Shown here: positions 12,915 through 24,900 of the stretch, in pieces
How the letters are laid out: every line of letters starts with the position of its first letter
Position numbering within the stretch: position 1 is the stretch's first letter
NCBI GenBank assembly: GCA_053919585.1
Contig: CM132808.1
DNA length: 64,000 nt
Origin: Euprymna scolopes
Lineage: Eukaryota
Reading direction: 5' to 3' (one strand)
Notes under the pieces: generated by a model
Told to the model about the DNA's origin: nothing
Seen by the model: the letters and a program-made list of their open reading frames with translations, nothing else
Databases searched by the model: none
Made by a program: the position numbers and the translations under genes

Positions 12915-13670
12915 AGGTTAACTTTAAAATCAAAATTTATTGTTCGACTGAATACCCCAAAAAACAATTTACAAAGTCCTTATTCCGCAGAGTTTATTAG
13001 AATGTTATTATTGTTATTCTTCTCATCAGAGGACATAAAGAAATCAGCAAATAATATTTGAAGCAATGCTAGAATTTGTAGTTTTAAATTTAAAAGTTGA
13101 TCCAAAATGCAAAATAGTTCTTTAGAGAGAACGTATTCCAAAATAAGTCCAAAATTTAACCTAACAAGAAAACAGCTAACTTCTTAGATACCTCACTTAA
13201 CCTTAACTCTGAAACATACAGCCCACACCATAAGCCAAACCTCACACTATTATATGTGCATCAGTTTTTAAATCATCCTAATGCATTAATTAAATACATA
13301 ATACCTCCAATCTCTACCAGAATCTTTAGGCTTTAGCTGACAAAAAGACCTTGATCAAAACTGTTTTATAATAACGCCCTTAGAATCTCTTACCACACAT
13401 CAACTTTTAGCAATAAAAAGACAGATAGTAACCAGGGAACTTGTTTGGCTATTTTAATTAAAAAAAACTTAAATCTAAACATATTCGCTTCTCAATTAAT
13501 TTGAGTATTATATGTAAATCGCAATCTTACACGCATGGATCTAAATATTGTAAACTCTGCCTTTCTAAGGCAGTTAGGACAATAACGTCTCCTCAATCAA
13601 AGAATGTAATCAATACAAAGAGTGAGCTGATTTTCCAATGCAAACATAGAGCAAAATACAAGTAGTGTAA
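12915..13670 (+). mobile_element. Internally deleted Penelope-like element remnant
   Basis: NFLDTSLNLNSETYSPHHKPN..LYVH...NHP (RT thumb, ~13180-13320) and C-terminal NTKSELIFQCKHRAKYK (~13610-13660). The 5' part is an inverted copy of 15775-16142. Confidence 0.75.
12976..13034 (-). ncRNA. Degenerate type I hammerhead ribozyme motif
   Basis: Reverse complement reads GTCCT-CTGATGA-GAA...TTC-(GAAA box mutated)-CTCTGCGGA-ATA-AGGAC; helix I is GTCCT/AGGAC. Confidence 0.55.
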
Positions 13671-13924
13671 TTTTTAAATTACGTAGTCTCTCTGTTAGAA
13701 TTAAAAAAAAAATTATTACTATACATTTTTTATTATTACTACTATACATTCTTATTAATGTACTTTTTCAACCAATTCTAGGGGACTTTATCATCTTGTC
13801 TTACCTAGTTTATTGCTTTTATCTTGAGAATTATAGAAATAATAAATACTAATATCGGCTGTGATTATATTATTTTATTTTTTACATATTAAGATAAATA
13901 GTACTCCTAAATTATACATATTTC

Positions 13925-13928
<4 letters not shown>

Positions 13929-13996
<68 letters not shown>

Positions 13997-14455
13997 CAAT
14001 ACATCTTCAATTATTGATTTTCTTTAGGCAGATTACTATTCTCTTACTAGGTATTTTTATTTTATTTTATTTTCAGTTATTATTATTATTATTATTTATA
14101 ATAGTAGTAGTAGTGCTTATGGTGGTAGTGGTGGTAGCGGTTTTAGCATCTGTTATAATTTGTATATGTGTATATAATTGTCCTTATGTGTATCGATGTA
14201 TGTATATATATATTCATATATATGTGTGTGAAGGTTTTTATTTTATTTATTTATTTTATTTATTTTTATATGTCTATGTAGATGTGTTTTGTGCATTATA
14301 TATATATATATATATGTTTATGGGGGTACTTGTACATTATATATATGTATATATGTACTTGTATGTTTATGGGTGTACTTCTGTATATATAAATGTGGGT
14401 AAGTACGTTTATGTATGTCTTTTGATATGTGTAAGTATGTATATGTGTATGTGTC

Positions 14456-14496
<41 letters not shown>

Positions 14497-14500
14497 GTGT
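13929..14500. repeat. (TA)n and degenerate TA/TG/TTA low-complexity tract
   Basis: Visible simple repeats; they account for the spurious 261-aa ORF. Confidence 0.9.
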
Positions 14501-14669
14501 ACATTTACTTTTACCAATATCAGTATATGATCGACATAATCATTCGTGTCACTATCAATGTTGATGTTATTATAAATATTATTATTATCGCCATCTTTAC
14601 TATGTTTTTTTCATCACAATTACTAAATTTTTTTACTTATTACTAAATTTGTTACTATAATTACTAAAT

Positions 14670-14675
14670 TATTAC

Positions 14676-14739
<64 letters not shown>

Positions 14740-15030
14740 GCCTCACATGGAGCTTTCACACAAGTCAACAAACGATCGGTTTGGAGACCTGTGGTGTTCT
14801 CTGGAAGCTGAGTGACAACAAGTCTCCCCAAACGTCCAGCTCTCTCCACCTCCTTCGATTGATTTATCGCTGGTAGTAGCCACTGGTTTATACTGGAATT
14901 TAAGTGGCACTAAGCCTCCCCACGATCCCAGTTCTCTTCGCGCTTGTCCAGCGGTGGTATGGCCAGCGCTCTCTTCAGTCTTTCCATCTTCCTGGGCCCT
15001 CCTCAGCTCTTTGGTATCACTTTTCTATTG
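14670..15030 (-). mobile_element. 3' end of a non-LTR retroelement with (AAT)n tail
   Basis: GC-richer 300-bp segment ending, on the - strand, in a long (AAT)n tail at 14670-14739. Confidence 0.5.
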
Positions 15031-15399
15031 GGGGGGGGGACGGTGATGAGACAATGAGGGAATGCATGATGGTTGTGTAGAACTTGTAGATATGCAGCTT
15101 CGGCGTTCTTCATTCCCTGTAACGCTTCTTTGTTATATTGTCTTGTGTTATTCCCCACCTTCTAGAGTTTTCCTTAATATTTCAGTCGTTTTTATTATCG
15201 TTAGGCGTTGTATTTTTGCAGTTATTTCTCTTCTTCTTCTTCTTCTTCTTATTATTATTATTATTATTATTATTACCAATGATCATTGACTATACTATTA
15301 TTAGAATATTTTGCATTTCTTCTTCTTCTTCTTCTTATTATTATTATTTTGTCATCTTTATCATCATCATAACTTTTTGACAGCCTTAATAAACTATTA

Positions 15400-16142
15400 T
15401 TCTGAAACACTTCAAACTTTATAATCATCACTCCTAGAACTTATTTAATAATGCCATCGAATTTAACACTTTATAGAAAGATCTGTTTCGTTCTGTCTAG
15501 ACAATTTCCGGTCAGAATAATATAAGCTTTCACGGACTGATTTTTTTCCGCTTAACCTGAAGTTAATTACTTTTAAATTTAATTTGAAATCACTTTTTTC
15601 TAATTAAGCCGATGATGAAGGTTTTCATACTGGATTTCTCTCTTTTTACTATTAGGTCCCATTCGACTGGATCAGACTTCTCTTTGGGCTACTGCACTGT
15701 CCGGAAAAAAACAATTGTCATTATTTCAGCTGTTTTGAAAACTTTCCAATCGGATTATATGCATCGTCATGGTGGACTTTTGGAATACATTCTCTCTAAA
15801 TAACTATTTTGCATTTTGGATCAACTTCAGAGGAGTTTCATGCAAGATTAAATATTATGCGCTGTTTGTTTATATATATATATATATATATATATATTTT
15901 ATATATCCAACATTTTTTCACTTTTTTATTTGGCAATTTATGACTACAATAAATTGCGGTTTCAATTAATGCCTTAACTAGCAAATTCTAGCATTGCTAC
16001 GAATATAATTTGCTGATTTCTTTATGTCCTCTGAGGAGAATAATAACAATAATAGCATTCTTTGAAACTCCGCGGAACAAGGACTTTGTACATTGTTTTT
16101 TGGAGTATTCAGTCGAACAATAAATTTTGATTGTAAAGTTCA
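15400..16142 (-). mobile_element. Penelope-like element 5' remnant, inverted relative to 12915-13150
   Basis: Segments of 15775-16142 are the reverse complement of 12915-13150, with scattered substitutions. Confidence 0.65.
16026..16084 (+). ncRNA. Degenerate type I hammerhead ribozyme motif
   Basis: GTCCT-CTGAGGA-GAAT..ATTC-tt-GAAA-CTCCGCGGA-ACA-AGGAC. Both core boxes, helix I and a palindromic helix III are present; the cleavage triplet is mutated. Confidence 0.6.
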
Positions 16143-16153
16143 ACTTCAACGGC

Positions 16154-16410
16154 AGAGTACTCTATTATAAGGAAAAATTTGAAAATAAGACCGTCTTATT
16201 TATATTTTTATGTTTAGATGGAATTACTCATGGGTACCGTCGGTTTTAAATCTGATAAAAGGAGACCGTTTTCGATACACAAAAGGACCCTTATTATCAA
16301 GTGTTAAACTGACGGTACCGACGACTAATCCCATCTAAACTTTCTGTAAACAAAAATGTAAATTATACGCTCGCATTTTCTTTGGAATTTTCTTTATAAT
16401 AGAGCATTCT
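16154..16410. mobile_element. MITE/fold-back element
   Basis: Terminal CTCTATTATAAGGAAAAATT / AATTTTCTTTATAATAGAG and internal GTTTAGATGG..GGTACCGTC / GACGGTACC..CCATCTAAAC inverted repeats. Confidence 0.75.
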
Positions 16411-16549
16411 GTTGGAACCATGTTTTTTTTTAATATAATTAAGTATATTAAACACTACCAGTAATTTACGGTGAATACTAATTGCCTCGTTGTTGAGCAC
16501 TGTCGAGAAGGAATACTACAAAACAGAGATTAAAACTCGTTGGATAATT

Positions 16550-17230
16550 TTGGAGAAATATACGTGAGATTACTCTGTAGAAAACATACCAAAACCCCAT
16601 AACCAGCTATACACAAGTCTCCTGCTTACAAAAATGTGAGATGCTATAAAAATGATGAGATGGAAGTCATAAATGAAACAAACATACCGAAAAAGGTCTA
16701 AACAATTTCGGATTAAAATCGATTAAATATCCATGTAAAATAGATTTGAAAAAGATTTGCTAAATATAATTCCCAAACTTGATTTTACACATAAACCACA
16801 TGTATTCCAAAGAAAAATAGCCGCTGATATCTAGAAAATTATAAGAAAAAATAAGACAATTATTTTCTAAGATCAAACGAACAACTTGTACAGAATGGAA
16901 ACGGAAAAGAGAACAGCTAATATTAAACTTTATTACTCACAAATCGATTAGCGCAAAAAGTAACTTATAAATCTATTAACCAAATGACCACAGGGATAGC
17001 CACAAAATAAGGCATAGAATATAGAGTTAATAGATTAGCAAAGAGAAATGTCTTCATAACTTAAAAATAACATAAAGAGAATTTTAATAATAAGCAAACC
17101 TGTAGGCTAATAAAGCTAAAAGCGAAATTGGTTTAGCTAGTAAGTCTATTATCAGCGAATTAATTAAAGATATAAAAAAGAAAATCAAACGTTAAATTGT
17201 GGCCAAATACAAGCTCAGACTAGTACAAAA
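16550..17230 (+). mobile_element. Penelope-like element ORF N-terminal/RT remnant
   Basis: DYSVENIPKP..Y..LLL.K...I..MRWK and FITLK.HKENFNNK.TCRLI..KSEIG..SK.II motifs, with stops and frameshifts. Confidence 0.75.
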
Positions 17231-17836
17231 GCATTACTGAACCACAAAGATGAAAATTAAGCATGATTTACGACCAGGAAACGCCGGGCGGCGTGCTAGT
17301 ATCATATTTAATTGCAGGTCGATTAGATATATTGCTGAGGTAGCAAGTATATATTTCCGATAAAATTTCTGATTAGACGTCTCATCTATTGTTGTGCCAC
17401 TACTTATGTTAAATTATCTAGATCTGGTGAAATATATCTTTGAACGTGTGTGAAAGTATTCCCGAATAGATGATTGTTGAATGTTACACGATGTATTTTG
17501 GGATCAGATTTCGCTTCCGATGTTGTGCTCTTATGTGTGTTAGATTATATCTATATTCATTTAGATATCTCTTCGAACAAGTACATATATATTTCTAATC
17601 AACTGTCTATTCAAATGTGCTTCTATGTATCTTAAATGATACGGATGTGGATTAAGCGTTTCAAGTAAAGTTCAGGTATTTAAGAGGAGACATTCTTTGA
17701 ACATGCGTTCATGTTTTTTTTTTTTGATTAGATATCATTTGAACGTTCTGCAACATATGTAATACCATTCGAATTATGCCTTTTGTGCTCTATCGTAATA
17801 TATTTGTTAAACACAACGCTACAGATATTGCATATA

Positions 17837-17915
<79 letters not shown>

Positions 17916-17920
<5 letters not shown>

Positions 17921-18044
17921 GACAAGTATTGTTAAATAGCACGGAGTGTTCTAAATAAATAAGCTTTCTTTGTAGTTTTTCAATTTTTCTAAATTTCTTG
18001 TTAAGCAAGAACACTCCGTGCTATTTAGCAATACTTGTCTGAAT
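17916..18044. repeat. Near-perfect inverted repeat (37-bp arms) between (TA)n tracts
   Basis: ATTCAGACAAGTATTGTTAAATAGCACGGAGTGTTCT ... AGAACACTCCGTGCTATTTAGCAATACTTGTCTGAAT, one mismatch. Confidence 0.9.
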
Positions 18045-18065
18045 GGAAACATACTGCCTAAATTC

Positions 18066-18148
<83 letters not shown>

Positions 18149-18169
18149 CATGTAAATTATTAATATATA

Positions 18170-19758
18170 CAGTGACGCCTAAAATTCTGCAATTGTTATT
18201 TTTTCCAAAAACTCAAATTTAAGTTAAATTAAATGTAACTGTTTAAACAACCTATACATCATTTGATTCGCCTTTTATCCCATTATATTTTTACCTGTTT
18301 ATATTTGACTTTTAATTACTTATATTCACGTCAATTTAAAAAAATAACTTCAAATCGAGAAGGAAAAAAGAAACTTCACACAATGTAAAATTGTTATTTA
18401 AATGAAATTTTGGTACATTAATGCAACACAAATACAAAAGGAACACAATAAACTAGTTAAGATATAGTAGTATAGCGCTTATGCAATTTTACAGCCTATG
18501 GGCTTTCCTTGAATTAGTCTGCAGTAATACTCCGGTAAAAGGGCATTCCACTTCTTTTTAATTTATGTCCAAATTGTAGATTTGAAAATCTATCTTTGCG
18601 TAGCTGTTGCTTGGTGCAATGCCATACGTTTTCGATAGGATTGAGGTCGGGAGATTGTGAAGACATTGACGGAATATCATGCTCTTCAAAGAATCTCTTG
18701 ACATTGCTAGCTTTGTGAATTGGAGTATTATCCTGCATTAAGATGGGATTATTATTCTGGCCAAAATAGGATGAAAATGCTCAGTCGACATATTGATGTA
18801 CTTGGTTGAATTAATTCGACCTTGTAAGCGAATTATAGGCTCACTACCACTGGCACTAAAAACCATCCACATCAAAACTGAACCTTCACCACCCTGCAGC
18901 GTTGAAACTATGCATCTAGTATTAAATTCGTCCTTCCTTCGACGGATGTACAACCTACCATAACTGCCTAGCCTATTGAATTTGCTTTCGTCGCTAAAAA
19001 TCACATTCGACCATTATGAAGAGTCATAATCTTAATTGCATCTGACGAAGTCTAGACAGTGCTTTTTTTTTACAGAAATCATTAGTTTGCGTTTTGAAAC
19101 ACAGCCTCGACAATTAAATTCCTTCAATCTGTTCTTAACTTTAGAAAAAGAGCACTTTTTAACAAGATTAAACTATTATTGGATTTTGGTAGCCGTTTAA
19201 AATCTGTTTCTGAGTCTGTAGATTTTGATAGCATTCTCTTCATTGTAAGAAGTAACTATAGGACGACCAGATTTAGGGACATCACGAACACTGCCGCTGT
19301 TTTGGTACTTATGCATAGTCATTCATACCGTTTTCTCATCACATTTCAATCAGTGACCGATTTCTCGATTGGATAAACCAGAAAGGTGGGAATTAATGAG
19401 CTCCTAACGATCACTAAGAGAAAGGCGAAGCTTATGAACTAATTATTACGTTGTATAATCTAGAACAACCACAATTACGATTAGAGAAGCTTTGTTGCCT
19501 AAAAAGAGGATATTTTAAGCCGGTTTTAAGCTCATTTGTGGATGCGGGGTTTATTGTTGACTTCTCGATTTGAAGTTATTTCTCCAAATTGACTGAAACA
19601 CTAGAATAATTCAATTGTAAGTCAAATATCAACAAGTAATATTATAGCGGAATAAAACGCGAATCAAATGAGTAATAGTTTGTTTAAACAGTTACATAAA
19701 ATTAAGCATAAATTTGCGGTTTTAGAAAATGGCGAGTGCGGACTTTCATTTTTAACAC

Positions 19759-19765
<7 letters not shown>
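18170..19765 (-). mobile_element. Tc1-family DNA transposon, degenerate, with ~200-bp TIRs
   Basis: Transposase motifs IFSDESKFN, GG.SV.MW, QDNTPIHK, SPDLNPIENVW. 18170-18360 and 19560-19765 are inverted repeats starting TA|CAGTG. Flanked by (TA)n. Confidence 0.92.
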
Positions 19766-19822
<57 letters not shown>

Positions 19823-19840
19823 TATAATAAATATTAAATA

Positions 19841-20215
19841 CCTACAGACACTAGTGTTCCATCTTTTCAAGAATCATCAGTGCAGGATGTCACGATTAAC
19901 ACCTGTCGAGAGATTCGAACTCGGCATCTAACTCATTTCTGACTGCAAATCCACTCGACCATCGTTAACCGCGCGAAATATAGCTGAAATTTAACCATTT
20001 TTATTTTTTAATGTATTTATCGCGTGTCAAAGTGATATAATTATTAGATGATGATCTACGCAGGCGACGTAAATTGACCGACTTTATTTCAACTGTAAAG
20101 TGCCCAACGATAAGAAACAAATTTGTTAAAGGGGCTGGCATAATTATTTGCTGTAATAATTATTACATACCTACAGAATCTAGTGTTCCATTCTTTCGGG
20201 AATCATCAGTGCAGG
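19841..20215 (-). mobile_element. Tandem HHR-like / tRNA-like / HHR-like unit (retrozyme-like or HHR-SINE)
   Basis: Direct repeats 19841-19886 and 20170-20215 (offset 329), each reading on - CCTGCA-CTGATGA-stem-GGAA-CACTAG..TC-TGTAGG. Between them lie A-box-like TGGTCGAGTGG and B-box-like GAGTTCGAATC. Confidence 0.65.
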
Positions 20216-20221
20216 GTGTCG

Positions 20222-20265
<44 letters not shown>

Positions 20266-21509
20266 CGATTTTTACTTCTGCTTTACGGGTTAATATCCTA
20301 AAGGCCATATGCTAATCTATTTCAAAGTCTAATCGACCCAAGCCATTTTGTTTTAATTTCGTCTCTATTCAAAAAAACTTACTTTTAATCTGATCACATT
20401 AGAAAGAGAAAGTGGCTTTCATTTCTATTCACATATTAATATTTACTCATCATGCCACAAAAATAATCGTTGTATATGGCATAATAATGATACGAACCCC
20501 GCTTATCCTAACATACTCGAATTATTATTACTGGTTATACGTATTGATTGTATTTTAAGTTCACTTCGTATTTTGTACATGTTACGTTTTATATGATAAG
20601 AAAATAATAAAAGCGAAATTCAAACTAATACACGAATTTTATTCGAGAATAGCATATCATGAATTTAGGAATTCTTCACAATTGTTTTTCTGAATAAGCA
20701 ACAAATGTTTATTATAACTTTAGACGTGTGCCCCAGTATGTTGATTTTTCGATTATTTTATTACCTCTTATTATTATTAATATCGTAAACTATGATTCAA
20801 TGATTTAATTTGCCTACAAACAATAACTAATTAAAACTATTCATTATTAAGTACTGTCGGTGATATGGGTTCTATTTACCTCATAAACTTTAATATTTTT
20901 TGCATTTTGTTTATTTACAAACATATATCGGTTCTGTTTGGACTTTCAGAAATGATACAAATACTTATTTCTTCTTCTCCGACCGAAGACAGAACAAATA
21001 ATATGCAGCATCAGAACAGAAATTGCATACGTTTTTTTTAAATACAAATAGGTCACAGTTTAGATGGTTGCGTTTGTTTTTAATTTTAAGTTAATTAATT
21101 GTTTTGAACGGCGACATGTTATTAAATGTTATTTAATGAAATTGATATTTAATTAATAATTTATTTAATGAGTTAATAGGTAATGCCCCTTTTAGGTTCT
21201 TGTAAATATCGATGCTGACACCATTTTTTAGGTTCATAATAAAAAAAACATGGCAAAATACTTTTTTGATCCCCTTACTGAAAAATGGTTATTTGTCCGA
21301 AGTTATACTCTAGCAACGATTTTAACACATTTAAAACATTATTTAATGTTTTTTGTGGACAACGACGGAGCATGACTAGATGCTGTTTTAATTAGATTAA
21401 TTGCTTACTGTTTAATTTTTTTCATACTTGGTACTTAACTATTTCTTTTTTCCTTGCAATTTATTATTCTATATTTCCCACGGCAAATGCCTGACAAGCC
21501 ATCCTGCTA

Positions 21510-21600
<91 letters not shown>

Positions 21601-23012
21601 GCATGAAAATTGTTTCGATGATTTAAAAACAAACCAGTATCCTGGTCCTCTAGCAGTGTTAATCAAATACCACCTCCTTAAAAAACGAGACCAAAAACGA
21701 CCTTGAAATCGAATCGTGTATCGTGATCCAGATTAATTTAACTAACATATCAATATTATTTACCTGTGTCATTCATCTTTGTACCAGAGAAGGAAGCGTT
21801 TGTTATTACAAAACTATTGTATTTCATAGTGTTCATTTGAATACATTATAATGTGACGTTCCTCTCCAGTCAGGGATGACATGAACATTAACGACAAGCT
21901 TTTCGTAACGTACGCCTTAGCTATTTTTAGAATTTCAGCAAGCCGTCTAGACCGATTGACCCTTTCATCATACTGAATACGTGTGTCTTGTGTGGGCCGG
22001 CCAAACCACGTGCCAGAGATTGAAAAAAATAAAAAGTCAGTCTGAAGCTAGCCGTGGAGATGCGAACTTCGATTCCGGGCCAAGCGCCCGTTAAAACAAA
22101 AGCAGATAAACTAACGAAAATTATTCTTCATATAAAATGAGTGAAAAGCAACTCAAAGCGATGAAAAGGCTTTGCTTTGTGAGAAGCAAAACGAAAAAAA
22201 GGCCTTTGCTTAAAAGTCATGCTTTCCGAGTGACGTGAATTGGATTTACGAAATGAAAGATCCAAGTCCATATTACTCGAGTGTCGTGAATTTAGTTTAC
22301 GCAAAGAAGGCCCAAGATCATATTTCTGGACATAGTAAATCCTATGCATCCAGGGAAGGCATCATGCCGTTATGCACTCGTGTATTCGACCATCTGAGTA
22401 CGTTATCTATCTGGATCAGCAATCAGGAAAAAGGTTGGTGAGGAAATTGTTTTTTTTTTGGGGGGGGGGTTAATCTCGGTACTTTTATCTCTTGGTCGGA
22501 AAACCTATTGGACTGTGATTTACTTCTGAAAATATAACTTGAACTTTTAATGACTTTGAAATTGACGCGTCTCAGCACACGTAGTGACTTCCACTTTAAG
22601 AACCATTCGCAGTATTGTTTCTCTGTTGTTTTCTTCTTCGAAGATGTAATATGGGATTGTGCTCTATAATACAGAACTTTGATTGACCTTCCTTTCTCAT
22701 TGCCTTTGGGGCTTTATTATTTCTTCTCTCTTCCTTCTTCTTCATTATTTGATTTCTTTTACAAAATAATAAAAACTAACAAAAAATTATAAAATATATG
22801 TTTGTATCCGGAACTGTCTTTTTCCATTTACCCCCGCCTTATATTTGTACATACCTCTCTTAACACTTGAAGCCGCGACTCAGGGAATATAGTTTCATTA
22901 GTCAATACACCATTCAATGTCATTTGAAGAGTTCTCAGATATTTTTTTTTTGCAGGATTTCTGAGCGAAAAGTGTAAAAATACTACCTATCACCTCCTTT
23001 TTTGATTATTAA

Positions 23013-23064
<52 letters not shown>

Positions 23065-23087
23065 TCATTTTCTTTCTAATCTATCTA

Positions 23088-23579
23088 TCTATATATAAGT
23101 GAAATTGTTTGTCTGTCTGAGGAAAGTTCTCTATCAAACTCCTATTTTGATTATCTACAAATTTGAACATTGACATATAGAGGATTTAGACCCGTGGAAC
23201 AATTTCGGTTTGGTCTTTAATTAATAAAAATTGCTGCTACGGTGTCAAAATTAAACAATTGAAACTTGGTAGTCGTAAATCAACTAAAAGTACACTTGTA
23301 CGCATGCGCAAATATACATTTATACTGATATAGCGTTATTTAAAGGTTTTTCCATGCGTAAGGACATAGTACAGATTGAATGAAAAAAAAATGGCGAGCT
23401 ACATGTTTTGATTTCGATTCTAGCTGGTTGAACCTATTTTAAACTTTTGAAATCACAACTACATATTAGGTACAATATAATAATAAATAGAGAATATACT
23501 GTATAAAAAATGCATACAAAATATGCATGAATTTAAATATCATATTTTAGCGTATTTTACGGCCGGACAACGGTGCTAG
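23088..23579 (+). mobile_element. Short non-autonomous Helitron
   Basis: 5' TCTATATATAAGTG.. followed by GTTTGTCTGTCTG; 3' GC-rich segment ending CTAG|T. A similar 3' end lies at 17281-17299. Confidence 0.55.
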
Positions 23580-23849
23580 TGAGGTTATTAGACTATACAT
23601 TTAAGGGCTAACTCATGCACACTGTTTTAGTAAGACAAATCAAAATTTAATTTTATTATTAAATCATAGAACGTTGACTAACTAACAGATTCTTTCTAAA
23701 GTCGAATTGTTAAGGCATATTTTTTTGTTTCTATGTCTATCCTTGTGACTATGTCATTAGTAAGGTTGCTGGAGCTAAACGTTTTATCTGGGCTGAAGTT
23801 ATCCGCCTGATAGTCAGGGACCCGAACCTTTTTCTCACACAGGAACTAA

Positions 23850-24900
23850 CACTTATCAAGGCCTTGCATTACTTAGGGGGACTGTTCATCAAGAAATTGT
23901 TTACATTAGACTTGAAGACAATCAGATTGTAGTCAGCTGGAAAGCAGGCAATCGGAAGAGAGTTCCACAGGCGTGCAGTTCTAAGAAAGAAGCTTTGTCC
24001 ATGAAATCTGCATTTAGGTCTAGGCACAGTTAAAGAGTGTGGGGAATTATTGATAGTGGTTTTGGCTAGACGAGTGTTTTTTGTGAAAGTTTGGCGAGTG
24101 GGGACCAGAGATTGGAGCTCAGCTGAACATTTGCCATGAAAATAACGATAAAGCTAGCAACGTCTCTTCCGTGGGAAAGAGGTTGCAGGGAAGAGAAAAG
24201 GGCATCCCCCACTAAGGTATGACGTCTATATTGAACTCTGTCAAGGCAGGATAAGCTGCTTTTAGCAGCTTATCCTGTCCAGATATGGCAACAGTACGCC
24301 ATCTTTAGCCGTCCATATCTTTTATATAGGTAGAAAATTGCACAAGGAGTAAGATATCTACTGGAGCGTTAGAAGGATCCCACCATTTTTCCAGCGACCT
24401 TGGCAATAGATTTGATATACATGTTCCATTTCAGGTCATGAGTAAAGGTCAAACCCAGAAGCTTATCAAAACATGAAGCCTCCCCAAGACAAGAGCTATT
24501 TATTTCAACCGATGGCAAATTGGCACCAGAGCTTAGATAGTGCAGAGATAGAAGTTTGGTTTTAGATGCATTAAAAGTAACCAGCCACCTCTTTCCCCAT
24601 TGTATCATATACTCAAGATCAAAGGAGAAATCAGAGAGAACTTTTTCGTTTACAGCCTTTGATGTGCTACGCTAGATTGTAGTGTCGTCAGCATAAATGT
24701 CTACGATAGATGTAAGGATGTGGTTTGGTAGATCATTTATGCAGATCAGGAAGATAGTTGGACCCAGGATGGACCCTAAGGGACTCCAGCATTAATAATG
24801 AGAGCTTCTGATTTCTGCCAATAAACCACTACTTTTATGAACCTATCAGAGAGAAATGATTTAATAATTGTGAAGACATTTCCAGCTATACCATAGCTTA
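23850..24900 (-). mobile_element. CR1-type LINE, RT C-terminal half and 3' end (pseudogenised)
   Basis: SYGIAG..IIKSFLSDR.IKVV, INAGVP.GSILGP, YADDTT, QWGKRWLVTFNASKTK, LLGLTFT.DLKWN.YI.SIAK motifs. Confidence 0.92.

Noticed and set aside
13861-14646. 261-aa hydrophobic ORF and other IY/VC-rich ORFs across the window
   Set aside because: These are translations of (TA)n, (GT)n and (TTA)n microsatellites.
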